This document shows, in pieces, positions 49,201 to 63,040 of a DNA stretch of 64,000 nt. The first letter of the stretch is position 1. The number at the start of each line of letters is the position of its first letter. This DNA comes from Takakia lepidozioides (taxonomy: Eukaryota > Plantae > Bryophyta). The position numbers and the translations under genes were made by a program. The notes beneath the pieces were generated by a model. That model did not search any database. It was not told where the DNA came from and saw only the letters and a list, made by a program, of their open reading frames with translations. Location of the stretch: the NCBI GenBank assembly GCA_030704615.1, contig CM060734.1, positions 8,122,001 through 8,186,000 on the forward strand, given 5' to 3'.

Positions 49201-50249
49201 ACTTGGGTTGTTTTCGGATGGGGTGCCAAGATAAAGGACCGGGAAGGGAGAAACAAAGTCCTGATACGAACAAATGAACATACGGGCATATATTATAATG
49301 TGTCCTTGCAACCATACAACTTATTATAAGCGAAATGCAAACAACAACCTTCAATGTGTGCAGGCATCAAATATGTCATTCAGTAATTACATGTATGTGC
49401 GCAACGTCACGCATGCAAAGTTTCAAACCCAAACAAAATCATTTGCCCCCCCAAGGACGCATTCACCCTATCAACCAATTTTTGTTTATTAATGTGAAAG
49501 AAAATCCTCTCATGCCATTGCACCCATCAAAGTTTCAAACGGATATGGCTCAAGCTTCACTTTTTCCCGCATGTGCTTAAATATGTTCCAGCAGAAAAAA
49601 TAAAAAATAAAAAAATAAAATTGCCTCCCCAATGACGCACTCACCCTTGAACCAATTTTGAATTAAATCGAATTTAAATGAATTTAAAATGGATATTTGC
49701 ATTTAGAAAATATAGGATTGCGGTTTTGAGGGGCGTAATGATTTTAACTTTGGCTCTATTTTGTTTATGTGACATCGGGGTTTGCACCACTATATCCATG
49801 CAAAAAATTGGACAAAAAAAAAATGGAAAAACAAAAAAAAAATGATTCTAGGGTCACTTTTGCATAACTCTTTTATGAAGAGTGCATAAAGTTGAAGATA
49901 ACTCAACTTTGGAGTGCAAATGAGAGAACAAAATATGGTTCTGGGTCCAAATAACTTTTGTTTACTCCCAAATTTTGCACGCACATTGCATATGTTGTCA
50001 TTCAGCATATGGCTTCAGAATGGAATTAAAAAAAAATCATGTGCAAGCGAAATGCAGTTTTCCGTCTCTACGACACGTAGCTGCGTTCAACACTTGAATG
50101 ACCCATTGACTGAACTTGGTTCAAGCTCATATTTGGTCCACATGTGCATAAGTATGTTCAGATCACATATGCAAAGTTGCAACCCATATGAGCAACAAGA
50201 AAAGATATTTACATCAATCGATTAATCGGATGTATACAAAGTACATCAT

Positions 50250-53200
50250 GAGAATATCTACAATGCCCCTCTACGTGATCCCTGTCTCAAAGGAACCTTA
50301 TTTCTACGAATTTCAAGACTGGACCAAAGTCACCAACCAACAAAGGAGAGAAACACATCTGATCTACCTGCATGCTATCGGGACTGACTCCAAAAAGGAG
50401 GAAGCAAGCATGCAAACACTGGAGGCAGAACAGAGGTGGGAAGACATAAAAAGTGAACTCGGGATCAGCCCTGAGCTGACTCCAGAGCAGAAGCAACAGC
50501 TGCTGGAAGTATGCAGAAGGAATCATCACAGCTTTGCCATTAACAAAGCTGACCTTGGCCATTGTGCTGACGTGGAGCACGAAATCAACACCCAAGGGTT
50601 TCCTGCAACCAAAAAGCCAGCAAAAAGACTGTCAGAAGCTGAAGAGAACCTTGTACAAGAACAGATTGAAGCACTCATCTTACAAGGTAAAATACGAATC
50701 AGCAAGTCTGAATATGCATGCCCAGTCACTTTGCCACCAAAGAAAGATGGGAGCAAAAGGTTTTGTGGAGATTACAGGCCACTCAATCTGCACACACTGA
50801 AGGATGCATACCCAATGCCCACTAATACAAGACGTCTTGCAACAACTTGGCAAGTCACAGTGGTTTTCAGCGCTGGATCTGCAATCAGGCTTTTGGCAAA
50901 TCAAAATGAGGGAAGATGACATCAAAAAGACAGCCATAATCACGACTGTTTGAGTGGCTAGTCATGCCATTTGGCTTGAAGAATGCCCGAGGAACACTGT
51001 GCAAGATCTGTAATGACATGAGGCACAGTCGTCACACACTATCCCAACATGGGTCTTGGTTGGGCCTTCTGATGCCTTGCCCTGTGGTCTCAGGCTTGTC
51101 AAAAATCGACCTGTATCCACTCTGCTTCCGTGGTGCTGTTGTCACCAGTTTGTTCTTCTTCCAGTTGAACCCTGACTGGGTCTGAATCCTCCCTTCTGGC
51201 TGCATCAAAACCCTGCCCTATGTTCGTAGGTAATTCATTCTTGGCGAACCCTGCCCAATTTTTGACAGGTTGCTCACGTCCACCACTTTTCTTGTTCTTT
51301 GATCTGTACATGCCATCTGTTCTTGCGTACCTTCATTTTGCATGGGCTTTGTATGCCTGGGCCTTACAAAGCCATTGTGCTCACTCTGGGTTAGGGTCAT
51401 AGAGCTTGGCCTAACCTCTGTTCGTTGATGAGTCAGAGACACCCCCATGCTGTTGTGGTCACTGCATCCATCTGGGTTCTCTTTCCAATCATCCTTCTCA
51501 GCCACCATCTGGTGAGTCTGCTTACTCTCTTCTTCCTTATTCCTTACTTGCTGCATTCTCAGTTTTAACTCTTGTGGGTCACCCCAGTCCTTCTGCTTGG
51601 CAGTGTCTGCCTTCATTGATGATCCTCCATGCAGAATATTGAGCTTGTAGGGTGAGTCTTCAAAATAGCTGAGCTTACCCAGTTTGCTTTCTTTCTCTTT
51701 TTGTCGCACTCCTGGTGTATCAAACTCCTGCAATTCTTCTTGATCAAATGTTGTCTTTTGGTCTTGCAGGCCGGTCAACTCCATCGTGTGCTGATCCCAA
51801 GGCTCTTCTTCGAATGAGCACTCATCAAGGGATCCTTGCCCAGTTGTGTCCAACTCTATAGTGAGTGACCGACTCCCTTTTTTTGTGTGTGAGGCAGTCA
51901 AAGCTCATTGAAACCAGTCATCATGCATATTTTGCCCTTCTTTGATACTTGCTCCATGACATAGTGTGTGTGGTGTTCCTGCCAATTCTTCACCATAGCA
52001 GTCACCTTGACAAATCTGGTCTTGTACACTAGGGCCTTCTTCTTCATCTGTTGTCAGTGTGTCAATGCAGTTAATGATTACTGCTTCACTGCACACTACC
52101 TTTGTTGTGTTTCCGAACGTCAGTCAATGCCTTACTTGCATATGCAATTACATGTTCCTTACGACGATCCTTTTGTGACAGTATTGCCCTACTCCCTTTG
52201 TACTCCAGTCAGCATCAAGTATAAAGGGTTTAGTGAAGTCGGGCCTTACCAGGATCGGTGCATTCTGCAGCTTGAGGATTAATGCCTCAAAGGCATTCTG
52301 TGCTTCAGCGTTCCATTGGAATGCTGGCTCCTTTTTTGTGAGCTCAAATAGTGGCACCCCAGTGCTTGCGTATCCCTTGATGTAATCCCTGTAGTAGTTG
52401 GTGACCCCAACAAAGCTCTTCACAGCTGTGGGGGTTTTCGGTATCGGGAAACATTGAATTGCTGCCACTTAGTTTGGATCAGGCCTTACCCCTTCCTTGG
52501 AAACGACGTGTCCCAAGAAAACCAATTCTTGCCTGCCCAACTCACACTTGCTGGGATACAGCTTAAGATTATGATGTCTGAGTTTCTCGAGGATGACATC
52601 CAAGTGCTGCAAATAAAACAATCACAAAGGCAGAAGAAGAGGCACAGCCTCATGGGAAGATGTATTAGGGTTTAGGATTTAGGGTTTAGGGTTTAAACCC
52701 TAAACCCTAAACCCTAAACCCTTTTGCAGTGATCAATGAGTATGTGGAAGGAGGAGAAACTGACCCACTGCCAAGCACCGAGAGCATGATGCAACCAATA
52801 ACACAAGTCTCATGTCAATTCACTGATACTGAGCTGGAAGCACTGAATGAGCTGGACGAGATGTACCACAAGTGGTCATACTCCAAGAAGATTGCAGCAG
52901 CACCCTGCATCAACATGTTGACACGGGGAAGTGCGAAGAAGGCCAAATTAGGAGATGGGATGCCTATTCTGCAAAAATCCAGCCAAGAGATTCATGATTT
53001 AAATCAAGAACATAGGTTTGGTGAAAAGAAGCACATTGGCATAGACAATATCTGCAGCTCAGCAGGGTTTGAACGCCAACCAGAGATATTCATGGAAGGA
53101 TTTGACAAGAGCAAAGAAGAGGCTAGGACCCAGAGTCTGGACACATTCACTGAAGACTGGGCAGACCAACAGATAAAAGAAGACAGTTCACAAGAGACGG

Positions 53201-54612
53201 AGAGTGAACTAAGTGAGAAAATTGAGCAGGAAAGGGTGAGACCTTTGACAAAAAGAGAACAACTGGAGCTCATCCAAAGGGCAGAGGAAGAACATAACAA
53301 TGCAGAAGGTGATGAAAGAGAGTACACACCAACTGTTCGTGATGAGACAGCAGAGACATCCTGGATGACGTTCAGGTAATGCATTACCTTACGTTTGGTT
53401 CCGTCAACGAGTACCTTGAGCTAAATGAGAGAAAACGGGTGTTGAAGAGGGCCAGAGGCTATGTGTACTGGGAAGGCAAAATTTTATACAAGGGCAAGCA
53501 CGTACCTGAGAAGAAGGAGAGATTGGGTATCATAGAGGGGATCCACCAAACTTTGGGTCACTTTGGGGTACACAGAACTCAAGTTGAAGTGTGCAAACGC
53601 TTCTTCTGGCATAATTGCACTCAGGAGATAAAAGACACGTTGAAGACATGCCTACCCTGTCAACAAGGGAAAACATTGGGAAGTCTTAGGTCTGGAGCAA
53701 AAAGATTGAAAAGTATACCTATGCAAGACCTCTTCTATAGAGTGGCATTTGACACTGCTGGCCCACTACCAGAGACTGAAGAAGGGAATAAATACGCCCT
53801 CATAGCAGTAGAATTACTCAAAAATGGGTGGAAGCAGCCCCAGTTAGTGACGATACGGCGAAGTTGGCAGCACGATTTTTGGAGGAGCAGGTTATATACC
53901 GCTACGGGGCACCAAAGATAGTGCTTACAGATCAAGGTACTGAATGGGGCAAAGAATTTGAGGAGGTGTGTGCAAGGTTTGGCATACAACACGACCGATC
54001 GGCACCCTACTGGCCACAGAGTAATGGCATGGTGGAGTGCATCATCAAATCACTCAAACAAAGCATACGACTACTGAGTATACAAGGCAATAATGAGTGG
54101 GATCGTGACCTTTACAAAGCACTGTTTGGATACAGGGTGGGAGTGCAAACGTCAACCCGCTTCAGCCCCTATAAAGTGCTCACGGGCAGAGAGCTGCGCT
54201 TGGACGTAGACAATCGATGGGGGAGAATCACTGAGCTGGTGGACCTACGAGACAGTGAGGATGCCATCAACGCCATGATGAAGGAAAAAGTTGAGCTCTT
54301 AGCTCAAATAGAGATCTCATTGCACGCAAATGTTCTCAAAGCACATAGGGGAACAACAAGAAGGCTATGCAGCGCGGAGGACCAGTAACTCCAACTTGGA
54401 ATCATTGGAGCAGGGACAACTCGTCATGATGTTGAAACCAGGAAAATGTAAAGGTATTGAACCTGCCTGGGAAGGGCCATACACGTTCCAGGGGTACAAA
54501 GACAAAGCACACACTGAAAACATGGAGGGGCCGATCGAATGTGCATGATAGAAGGTGCAGCTAACAAAAAATGGACAAGATCACGGAGGGACCTCAAGCT
54601 GGTACATCAATG
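50250..54612 (+). pseudogene. pol: Gypsy pol with an internally inverted segment (~51000-52612 reads on the minus strand)
   Basis: Plus strand: KKDGSKRFCGDYRPLN, LDLQSGFWQI, MPFGLKNA. Minus strand: LKLYPSKC, KSFVGVTNYYR, PFILDADWS, YASKAL. Plus strand again: integrase GHFG...CLPC, FDTAGP, TDQGTEW, WEGPY. Confidence 0.9.
52664..52721. repeat. Head-to-head interstitial telomere repeat palindrome (TTTAGGG)~4/(CCCTAAA)~4
   Basis: TTAGGGTTTAGGATTTAGGGTTTAGGGTTT|AAACCCTAAACCCTAAACCCTAAACCC, with the centre at 52694/52695. Confidence 0.95.
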
Positions 54613-54676
54613 AAGTGAGTGTGCTAACTTGGTGAAAAGGGACTTTCACTCTAAAAAAAAGGGAGTACTTTACAGC

Positions 54677-56158
54677 TGTAAGGGGAAAACAAGTGCCAAT
54701 AAAACCTTAGGGGTTTATCAAATGGATGATAAGCGGACGGGAGTAGGATGAAGTTAACAGGAGTGGATGTGGCCAACAGTGATGAATGTGCCAAGGGCAT
54801 GGGCGGATGAAGGGAATAGGGAAGTGGATGATGTTAACTAGTACTTATCCACGTTATTATGACAACGGATGGACGGATTATGAACAGTCAACATCAGAAG
54901 TAGTTCATCGATGGAGGCAAGCATACGTGCTTTCACTAAGGAGGGAAAACAAGACGACTGATGAATGAACGACGGAGCAGGATGAGGGTCGAGGAGATGG
55001 CGACATGCAGAGCGTTGATGCAATACGGATCAGCGGCTGAGGGGGCGCCGCCCTGAATCGACAGGGTACATGACTAAGCAGATCCTGATAAATACGTTTT
55101 GAGCTTAAGGATAATATCAAGACCTCATTAGATGCCACTTGGCCATGTATTAAACACGTAGGGCAAAGGTGTGCCTAGGGCGGGTAATGTGTTTAGTATT
55201 AGAACAATCAGTTGAGCGGTGATCAAAGTAGAATGGCACCAGGTAAGGGGCTAATCTACGAGTTTTGGAAAGAGTACAAGGCAAGTGACCAGAAGGAAAG
55301 ACAAGCAATCATTATGAATGAGACAAGGAAAGATGGTAGACTGAGAGAGAGAGAGGATGCCCGAGGCAGGGCGGTTTGGTGATGATGGACGTTGATAGCA
55401 AAGATCAGGAAGGAGATTACTGTTGTACTTCAGTGGTGTAATAATCCATATGCAAACTTGGATTCACCTTTAGTGATAGGAGGATTGAGCGTCATGTGGG
55501 GTGTCGTTCTGGAGATATAAAGAGGGATCTTGACTTATTGAGACACAGGCTCGCTGCTCCCACCGGTAGCACCAACTGATTGCATTAGTGAGTGAATGGA
55601 GAGGAATACGTAAATGCACCCACAGTGTGCATTCTAGGGATGGCGGTATCAAGAGAGCCATCACGGGATAGCCACACTGGCACGACAGAAGGGAAGTGAT
55701 GAGTGATCGTGACTTAGGAAAGAATACACAGTCGGAGGGCCATATCCATACCATCGAGTGCTTAGCACGAACATAAGCAGACTACGAGTTGCCACAGTTT
55801 ACTGAGTTGAGCATGGCAGTGTGCTGACGGGTCAAGTGCTAATGGGATCATCCGAACCCTGACGTGGCTGTGCATACGAACAGACTGACGAAGGGCTGTA
55901 GGCGCCCCGGGCCGCGCCACCCCACGGGGTCATGATATATGGTCTGAACGGCGGTCAAGGGCTGATGAGAAGAGAAATGAACGAACCATAGAGATAGCAA
56001 GAACTAATTTACCAGGTCCAGTCTAGGTGTCATGATGTTTTCCTGCTTCTGTTGCGGCTCATGTAGCATCAAAACTGGACTGATGGGTTGTCTGATCAAG
56101 AGGAAGTGTTAGATCTATCCCGGTGGACGAGAAACAAGACCCCCGTTTTTACTTTACA
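54677..56158 (+). mobile_element. Gypsy 3' LTR (~1.48 kb)
   Basis: Purine tract AAAAAAAGGGAG (54654-54665) after the integrase, termini TGTAA...TTACA, TATAAA at ~55515. It abuts a truncated integrase of another element. Confidence 0.7.
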
Positions 56159-58800
56159 ACGGCAAGTGACGCTTGTTTGCTGAACCTATAGCCCATAGCC
56201 AACCAAGGCAGCTGAAGGTCCCAATCTCCCAGGTGTCCCTTCTGCAAACCGTACTTGCGCAAACCCCTCTTGACTATCTGAATAACTCTCTCCGCCAAGC
56301 CATCAGCCTCGGGATGATCCCGAGAAGTAGTGCGGTGGTCTATCAAGGCTTGCTCATACAAAACCAGAAACTCCCCCAAGAACTCTCTCCCCTGGTCCGT
56401 GAGTACTCGGCTGGCATTGCTTGACAAGGCAAGTGAGAGGGTTGCGTATGCATTCTTAGATCAAGTGCTTAGCCAATTTGGTGAGAAGTGTTCCACCATC
56501 ACCAACACATACTTGTTATGGCGAATCGTTAGTGACAATGGGCCTGCAAAGTCAAGACTCCAACGATAGCCCAAACCCATAATGGGTAAAGGATGCAATT
56601 GTGGAGTAGGTGCGTTGAAAGAAGCCCGCACTCTATCACACACCATGCACCTTGCCACTAACTGTTGCACATCCGTGTGCATGCCCCGCCACCAATACTG
56701 TCCTTGCAACAAACTATGAGTGCGTCGCACCCCAAAATGTCCCAACTCCTCATGGGCATGGCGTACCAATCGCACTCATTGTGTTGGGTGAGGCACAATC
56801 CTCACTCGTCCATCCTCCCATACACGGAGTATGTGAGTCCCATCCCACTTGAACTCTTGGCTCGTTGTAGGATCCAATCTCTCTCCTTAGCAGTCACACT
56901 GACTGCTGTCTCTCCGGTACGAAGGTAGGCCAACACTGCTGTATCTTCATGCACATCCTTAGCACCACCAAGCTCCTCATTGATCTCCGGATCGTCATGC
57001 ACACCATCTACATGACCAATCCTATGGGATGGACTAGCTTGAGCTCCCATTGCTAGAATGCACAAAAAAACATATGCATGTCATCCTAGCACCATCTCCT
57101 CATCCGTCTCACCATGCCACCGAGCTCCAGTATCATCATGCTCGCTCGTGCATGGATTACGACTCAATCCATCTGGATCCTGATTGACTATACCGGCTCG
57201 ATGCACCACCTAAAAGTCGTACTCTTGAAGCATAAGTGCCCACCGTGCAAGCTTCCCTGTAAGCTTGTCTGACTCCATCAACCACTTCAATGGTTGGTGA
57301 TTTGTGACAAGGGTGAAGAGATTGTCATAGAGGTAGCATCTGAAATGTGTCATTGCCCATACCGCAGCTAAACACTCTCCTTCATATGAGCTATACTTTG
57401 CCTCAACATCATTGTTCGAGTGGCTAGCATATGCCACTACGAACTCTCTTCCCTCACCATCCACCTGTGTGAGCATTGCTCCAATCCCCAGCATATTCCA
57501 ATCCGTATGTAGCTGGAAAGGCCGCCCACGAATAGGCCGCCTCAAAATAGGTGCGGAAGTCAATTGAGCCTTGAGTTCCTCAAAGGCTTCCTCCTGTTCC
57601 TCCTCCCACTGCCACTCCTGACCCACCTTGGTCAACTTGGTAAGAGTTTTTGCAATGCTGCTAAATCCTTGACAAACCGTCGATAGTAATTTACCAACCC
57701 CATGAAAGCACGAACTCTGCTAACATCTATGGGGCGTGGAATGCGTACAATGGCCTCCACCTTTGTTTGTTGAACACCCAATCCTCCAGGGTATATCATA
57801 TGGCCCAGATATTCAATCTGTTTGTGGAAAAACTTGCACTTCCCAGGGTGCAATTTCAACCCATGCGCTCTTAAGTGCTCAAACACCATCTGAAGGTATC
57901 TCTCATGTTCCTCAATCGTAGCACTAAAGATGATGATGTCACCAATGTAGCATCGGGCAAAGTCTAGCCCCGCAAGAATCCTATCCATGACCCTCTAAAA
58001 ATCTGCAGGAACATTCTTCAATCCAAACGGTAGGAACCGCCATAGGTACAAACAATCATTCTCATATTGGTCAATCCCCCAGAATGCCATCTTTTGCTTG
58101 TCAACCTCTTTGATCGGCAACTGGTGGTAACCGGATTGCAAGTCCAATGTGCTAAACACCTTTGCATGCCCAATGGCATCAAAGATCTCATCTGGAGTTG
58201 GCATGGCATATTTATCGGACTTAGTCTGACGATTCATAGGACGGTAGTCCCCACACATCCTCCTTTCTGTCCAATTACCTACATAAATATCCTTTTTTAG
58301 CTGGCATCACCGTTGTCGAGGCATACTCCCCGCCTAACAACTCCACCAATACAGCTTTGAATAACTCCATAGTCCGTGACTGGATCAAAGACCTCTCCAT
58401 GTCACTATACCTGTAGGGTCTTTGAAAAATTGGTGTGTCACTTGCCAAACCAATACGAATCTCCTGGCCCTTCAAACTCCCCAAATCCTTCAAACCAAAG
58501 GCAAAGCAATTTCTATAAGCCCTTAGAAATCGCTGGATCCTCCGTCTCTTACCTCCGGTGACTGTAGGTCCAACATCTAGTTCCCAATTGTCCTCAATGA
58601 CTGCAACCTTGGGTACACTAGGCTTGGAGGTAGGAGACGTATCCTTTGCTTGCTAGATAGCAACCTCTTGGGCCTTATCCGCCCACCCTGACTGTGGCAT
58701 AGCCTCCACTTGCTCCGCCATAGCCACCTTGAGAACATCCTTTCCACAAGAAATATCCTCAACCTCTTCACGAATGGTAGGGTGGTACTGCTCTGTACAA
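56159..58800 (-). pseudogene. pol: Ty3/Gypsy pol (RT-RNase H-integrase), degenerate
   Basis: MCGDYRPMN, LDLQSGYHQL, LPFGLKN, YIGDI (mutated YxDD), LHTDW, YEGECLA, GHFG...CMVC, WSLDFAGP, TDQGREF, AER. Confidence 0.93.
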
Positions 58801-59989
58801 TGGGGGCCCATTGCAGCCTACCAGCCACTTGCAAAATCCACCCCCACTCCCAATCCCAAACGAAATGAGGAATGATGCATTCTGGGAACGATGGATACAG
58901 AATAGAACAAAAAAAAGGGCACAATGAGGTTTTTATTGATCCACATGAATTGCATTTGAAGCACGTCTACTATGCTGATGGTGCAAACAAATCTATAGCC
59001 ATGTGCCTTCTGAGTACAAGTCACGTTGTCAACGAGACTTCGACTGCTCTGAAAACTAGCTCATGAGTCATCGGGCTCCTCCAGGTAAACTGGATTGCAG
59101 CCGTTGTACCGCCAATGTTGATGTTCACCACAATGTCATGCCCTTCAATCATACCACCATCGAATATGGAAAGCTTCACGTTTTTGTCATCCACACCAAT
59201 GCAAATGTCCCCATACAATGGAGAAGAGGATCGCACTCCTTCAAAAGTATACGTCTCTCCGATGGAGTCCACCCACGTCCACTGGCAGCAATTCCACCGC
59301 AACAGCATAGCAGTGCGCATTCTTCTGCATGGGTGCCCGTCGTAGCTGGGAAAATCGGAATCAAGGATGTGCAAGAGCCACGGACTCCTCAGACCAAGAT
59401 CGTCACCCCGCTTGAAGGCGTAGTGGCCTAGGATATACTCAAAAGCTGACAATGTTTCCACATTCGCCCTACTATCTTCTGTGTAAACTGTGTGCCAGAT
59501 AACGATGTCTTCCTATGTGGCCAAATACATTGCATAATCGAAGCCTCCATAAGGGTAGTCGTCCCGGTTCCGGAAGCACGGCATCCTTGCAAAGGAGGTC
59601 CTGAGGATGTGTTTGATGCCGATGACAATGACCTTGCAGACAGCAACGAAGCCCTTTGATTTTCGAAATGATGAGAAGCGGAAGAGCAGTGCGGGCTCCA
59701 ATAATGGAGCATCTGGGTCTGACAAGCCCTGAGCGCGCGCGGTCAGGGTGACGGCATAGTAGTCTAGGGGGGTCGTGGTAAGTTGCGGTGTAGGTTGGGC
59801 TCACTGAACCGCCTACCCGACTGCGGTTAGTGCAGGGGGTCCGTGGTCGTACATGGTGGCTATAATCACTATCTAAGTCCTACCAGCAAAGAGAAATCAT
59901 GTACTCCTCTTCACAAGGCGAGTTTGCGTTTCTAAGTCTATCCTACAATCTACTCAGTAACTGCCTATTTGTCAGTACTAATGAACAGG

Positions 59990-60260
59990 TGACCCCCAAC
60001 AATGTCACCTTCATTTGCATTCTTAATGTGTGCCCTCACGGGATTCAACCTGTTGCGAATCTTGTTGTGAACAAATGAGTAACTGCTCCAATTGCGTTTG
60101 CAAGATGAGGCAGAGCACACTTGAGCAAGAATACGCTTCGCAATGGGAGCCAATGTTCTTGCTCCAGCTCCAATCAGATCCCACCATTCATGTGGCAACA
60201 TATTGAGCTCTTTTGGATCCGGCATGTCCTCAAAATGGTCGCGGCGATCTGCGAAGCGGG
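59990..60260 (-). pseudogene. hAT transposase C-terminal dimerisation domain fragment
   Basis: PHEWWDLIG...LAPIAKRILAQVCSASSCKRNWSSYSFVHNKIRNRL. Confidence 0.85.
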
Positions 60261-60619
60261 TAGGGTTTATAAAGGGAAGAGAAACTTCCTTGGATTACAC
60301 AAGAGTGCCACCATTCATCAATGATCAAGAGGGAGGGCTCTTAGGGAAACTCCACAACCAGACAGGCGGTATCTCAGCCATCACTGCCTCTGTTCCCTTG
60401 TGCAGCAAAAAATCAGACAAAAGAGGAAGAGTGTCTTCCCTTACCTCAAAAGAATTGTCGTCCCCTTAATGCACACATAGAGGTAGCATTCAAGAAAGCC
60501 TTAAACAATCCAAGGAGCGACAACCCAAGGTAACTGCAGCACGAGCACCTCGGCCTCCTCCATGCCGCCATCGCGCATTCCATCAACGCAAGAAGCAAAA
60601 CTAGGGTTGCACGGGGACC

Positions 60620-61870
60620 TTACCCTGTCAGTCCGTGGCAGTCATCCACTGCCCGGATGACATTCATCCAGCGTAACCTAAACCCAATGGATAGACACCA
60701 TTTTCTATCTCGGTAGGATGAAAAAAAATCGGGAAATCATCCCGTCCTGTCAGTCCGTGGCATTCATCCTCTGCCAGGATGAAATTCATCCGCCTCAACC
60801 TTAAACCCAGCAGACAGATACCATTTCCCATCGCGCCAAGATGAAAAAAAATCGGGAAGTCACACCAAGTTTAAAGACCATCACAGCCATGGTATAGGCT
60901 GGATGAAATAAGGTAGGCAGGGATGAAAAATCGTAGGTAGAAATGAAAAACCAGATCCACGCCAGGTTAAGTGGATGAATTTATGATGAAAATCATCTAG
61001 TTCTCCCTGCAACCCAAAAATGAAACAGATGGAAGTTGGGATAACAATTCCATGAACCCAGTTTACAGAGGGAGAGAGAGGGAGAGATCAGGAAACCAAA
61101 AAATAAAAAAAAAAAAAAATGGGGGGGGGCGGGTGATCTGATCAGTGTTTTGCTCAATAAACCACCCCCCCCCCCCCCCCCTCCCACCCCCCCCCCCCCA
61201 CCTTTTTTTTCTGTCTCTGTTGCCTCCCTCCTCCTCTGTCTCCCTCTATCTCCTGGGAACCGGCAAGTTGTTATCAGTGTTGATTTTCCTATTTTTTTCA
61301 CCATAACGGGATGAAGTTTTGACAGAGTCATCCATCCGCTTATCGGTTTTTCATCCATACCGGATAATCCACCAGGGATGGACACTGAATTACTTTAGGA
61401 TGGTTTTTTTTGGTTTTTTTCATTCCGCTTTTTATTGGACTCTCATCCATACCGGATGAGTGTCACCAATGAATGAAAAATTACCCTCTATGAGGGTTGC
61501 CAACAACATCCTGTTTTTTTCATCCATACAGGTTGAAAAACTACAGGATTATAATTTTTCATTCCTCTTTCAGTGACTCTTTTATCCATACCGGGTGGTC
61601 TGATAAGGAATGATGAATTACCTAGGTGGAGGTAAACTGTGCACAGATGATATTCCCTATTTTTCATCCTGACAAGTGATCTGTTTATGGATGACGAGTA
61701 CAGATTGATTATGTCCTGGAATTGATCTTAACTACCCCTAATTATGATTAATTACGGGGTGAAACCCTAACCCCTACCCTAAAACCTATTTTTACTCGGC
61801 TTCGGATGAAATCAGTCAGGGTAGAAGTGGTTTTCACTGTTTTCATCCAGGATGAAAAATGGGCCAAAAA
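60620..61870. repeat. Dispersed repeat rich in GGATGA/TCATCC motifs (related piece at 45945-46260)
   Basis: Many GGATGAAA/TTTCATCC motifs in both orientations, and a ~110-bp internal duplication (60625-60740 vs 60745-60860). Confidence 0.6.
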
Positions 61871-63007
61871 ACCCTATGTTGTCTCTCCCGCTATCAGAAG
61901 CACAAGATGTGCTTCTGAGCTCGCGGCGAGAGTGTTATGGCGGAGGCTGGATCTCGGTTGTTCAAGTTGCTTGTGTGTACAAGGCTTGAAGTTGCAATTG
62001 ACAGGTGAATTCACATTCCCTGAAGACACTTGTATGATTACATATCTCGGGGTGAATACAAAATGGTATGGAATCTATTTCATCATGCCAAAGTAGGATT
62101 GCTTGGAGGCATGTTTTGATTCTGAAAAATTGCAGGCTGGGTCTTATGCCTTGCTTGATGCATGATTAAGGTAGGCTGCTGCTAATTATTTTGTCAACCC
62201 AAGATGTTGTGCTTGAAGGGCATGTCTTGAATCTGTAATATTGCAGGCTGGTTTCACATACCCAAGATGTTTTGCTCTATGCATGTCTTGTTGTAATTGT
62301 GATGCAAAGAAAGGGTATAACAGGCTGCAACAATCTGTTTTTTTCAGAAAGAACACAAGATCCTGCTTAATGCTTGTCTGTTGTCCTGACCTGTACATGA
62401 ACAAACCCCGCCCCCTCCCACCCTGTTTTTTATTCAAGAATGATTGGGTTGATGTCAATTCATGGGAGGAAGCTTATGAAAAATGGAAATGTTAAGATGG
62501 TGCCCTGTTTTGGGCTGTTATGTCTTTAATTGACAATGACCCTAGTAGGTCTTGTCCATGTCTTGACATGACATAAATATCTTCCCACTCTCCCTCCTCT
62601 CTCTTTTGTCTCTGTCCCTCTCGCTCTCTCTTCTTAACTTTTCTGCCCCCTCCTCCCCTCTCTGGTTTGTTTTGTTTTGTGAGCAGCACAAGAGAGGGAG
62701 AGAGAAGGAGAGAGAGGGAGAGAGAGGGAGAGATCAGGAAACCAAAAATAAAATAAAATGGGGGGGGGGGGGGGGGGAGTGACTCAGCAGCAGCTACTGC
62801 TGCTGCTCAGTCAGTCCCCCCCCCCCCCCCCACCTTTAAAAAAAAAAATTGTTGCCCCTCTCTCCCTCTCTTGTTTGTTTTGTTTTTTAAGCAGCACAAA
62901 AGATAGGGAGAGAGAGGGAGAGAGGGGAGAGGGAGAGATCAGGAAACAAAAATAAATAAATAAATAAATTGGGGGGGCTGACTGAGCAGCTGCTGCTGCT
63001 CAGTCAC

Positions 63008-63040
<33 letters not shown>

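Noticed and set aside
55955-55990. CTGATGAG...GAAA hammerhead-like core
   Set aside because: No stem II or flanking helices are readable; chance match within the LTR.
61880-62500. Short hairpin (TCAGAAGCACA/TGTGCTTCTGA) and Cys-rich ORF 62241..62495
   Set aside because: Single short stem and no recognisable protein family; insufficient support.
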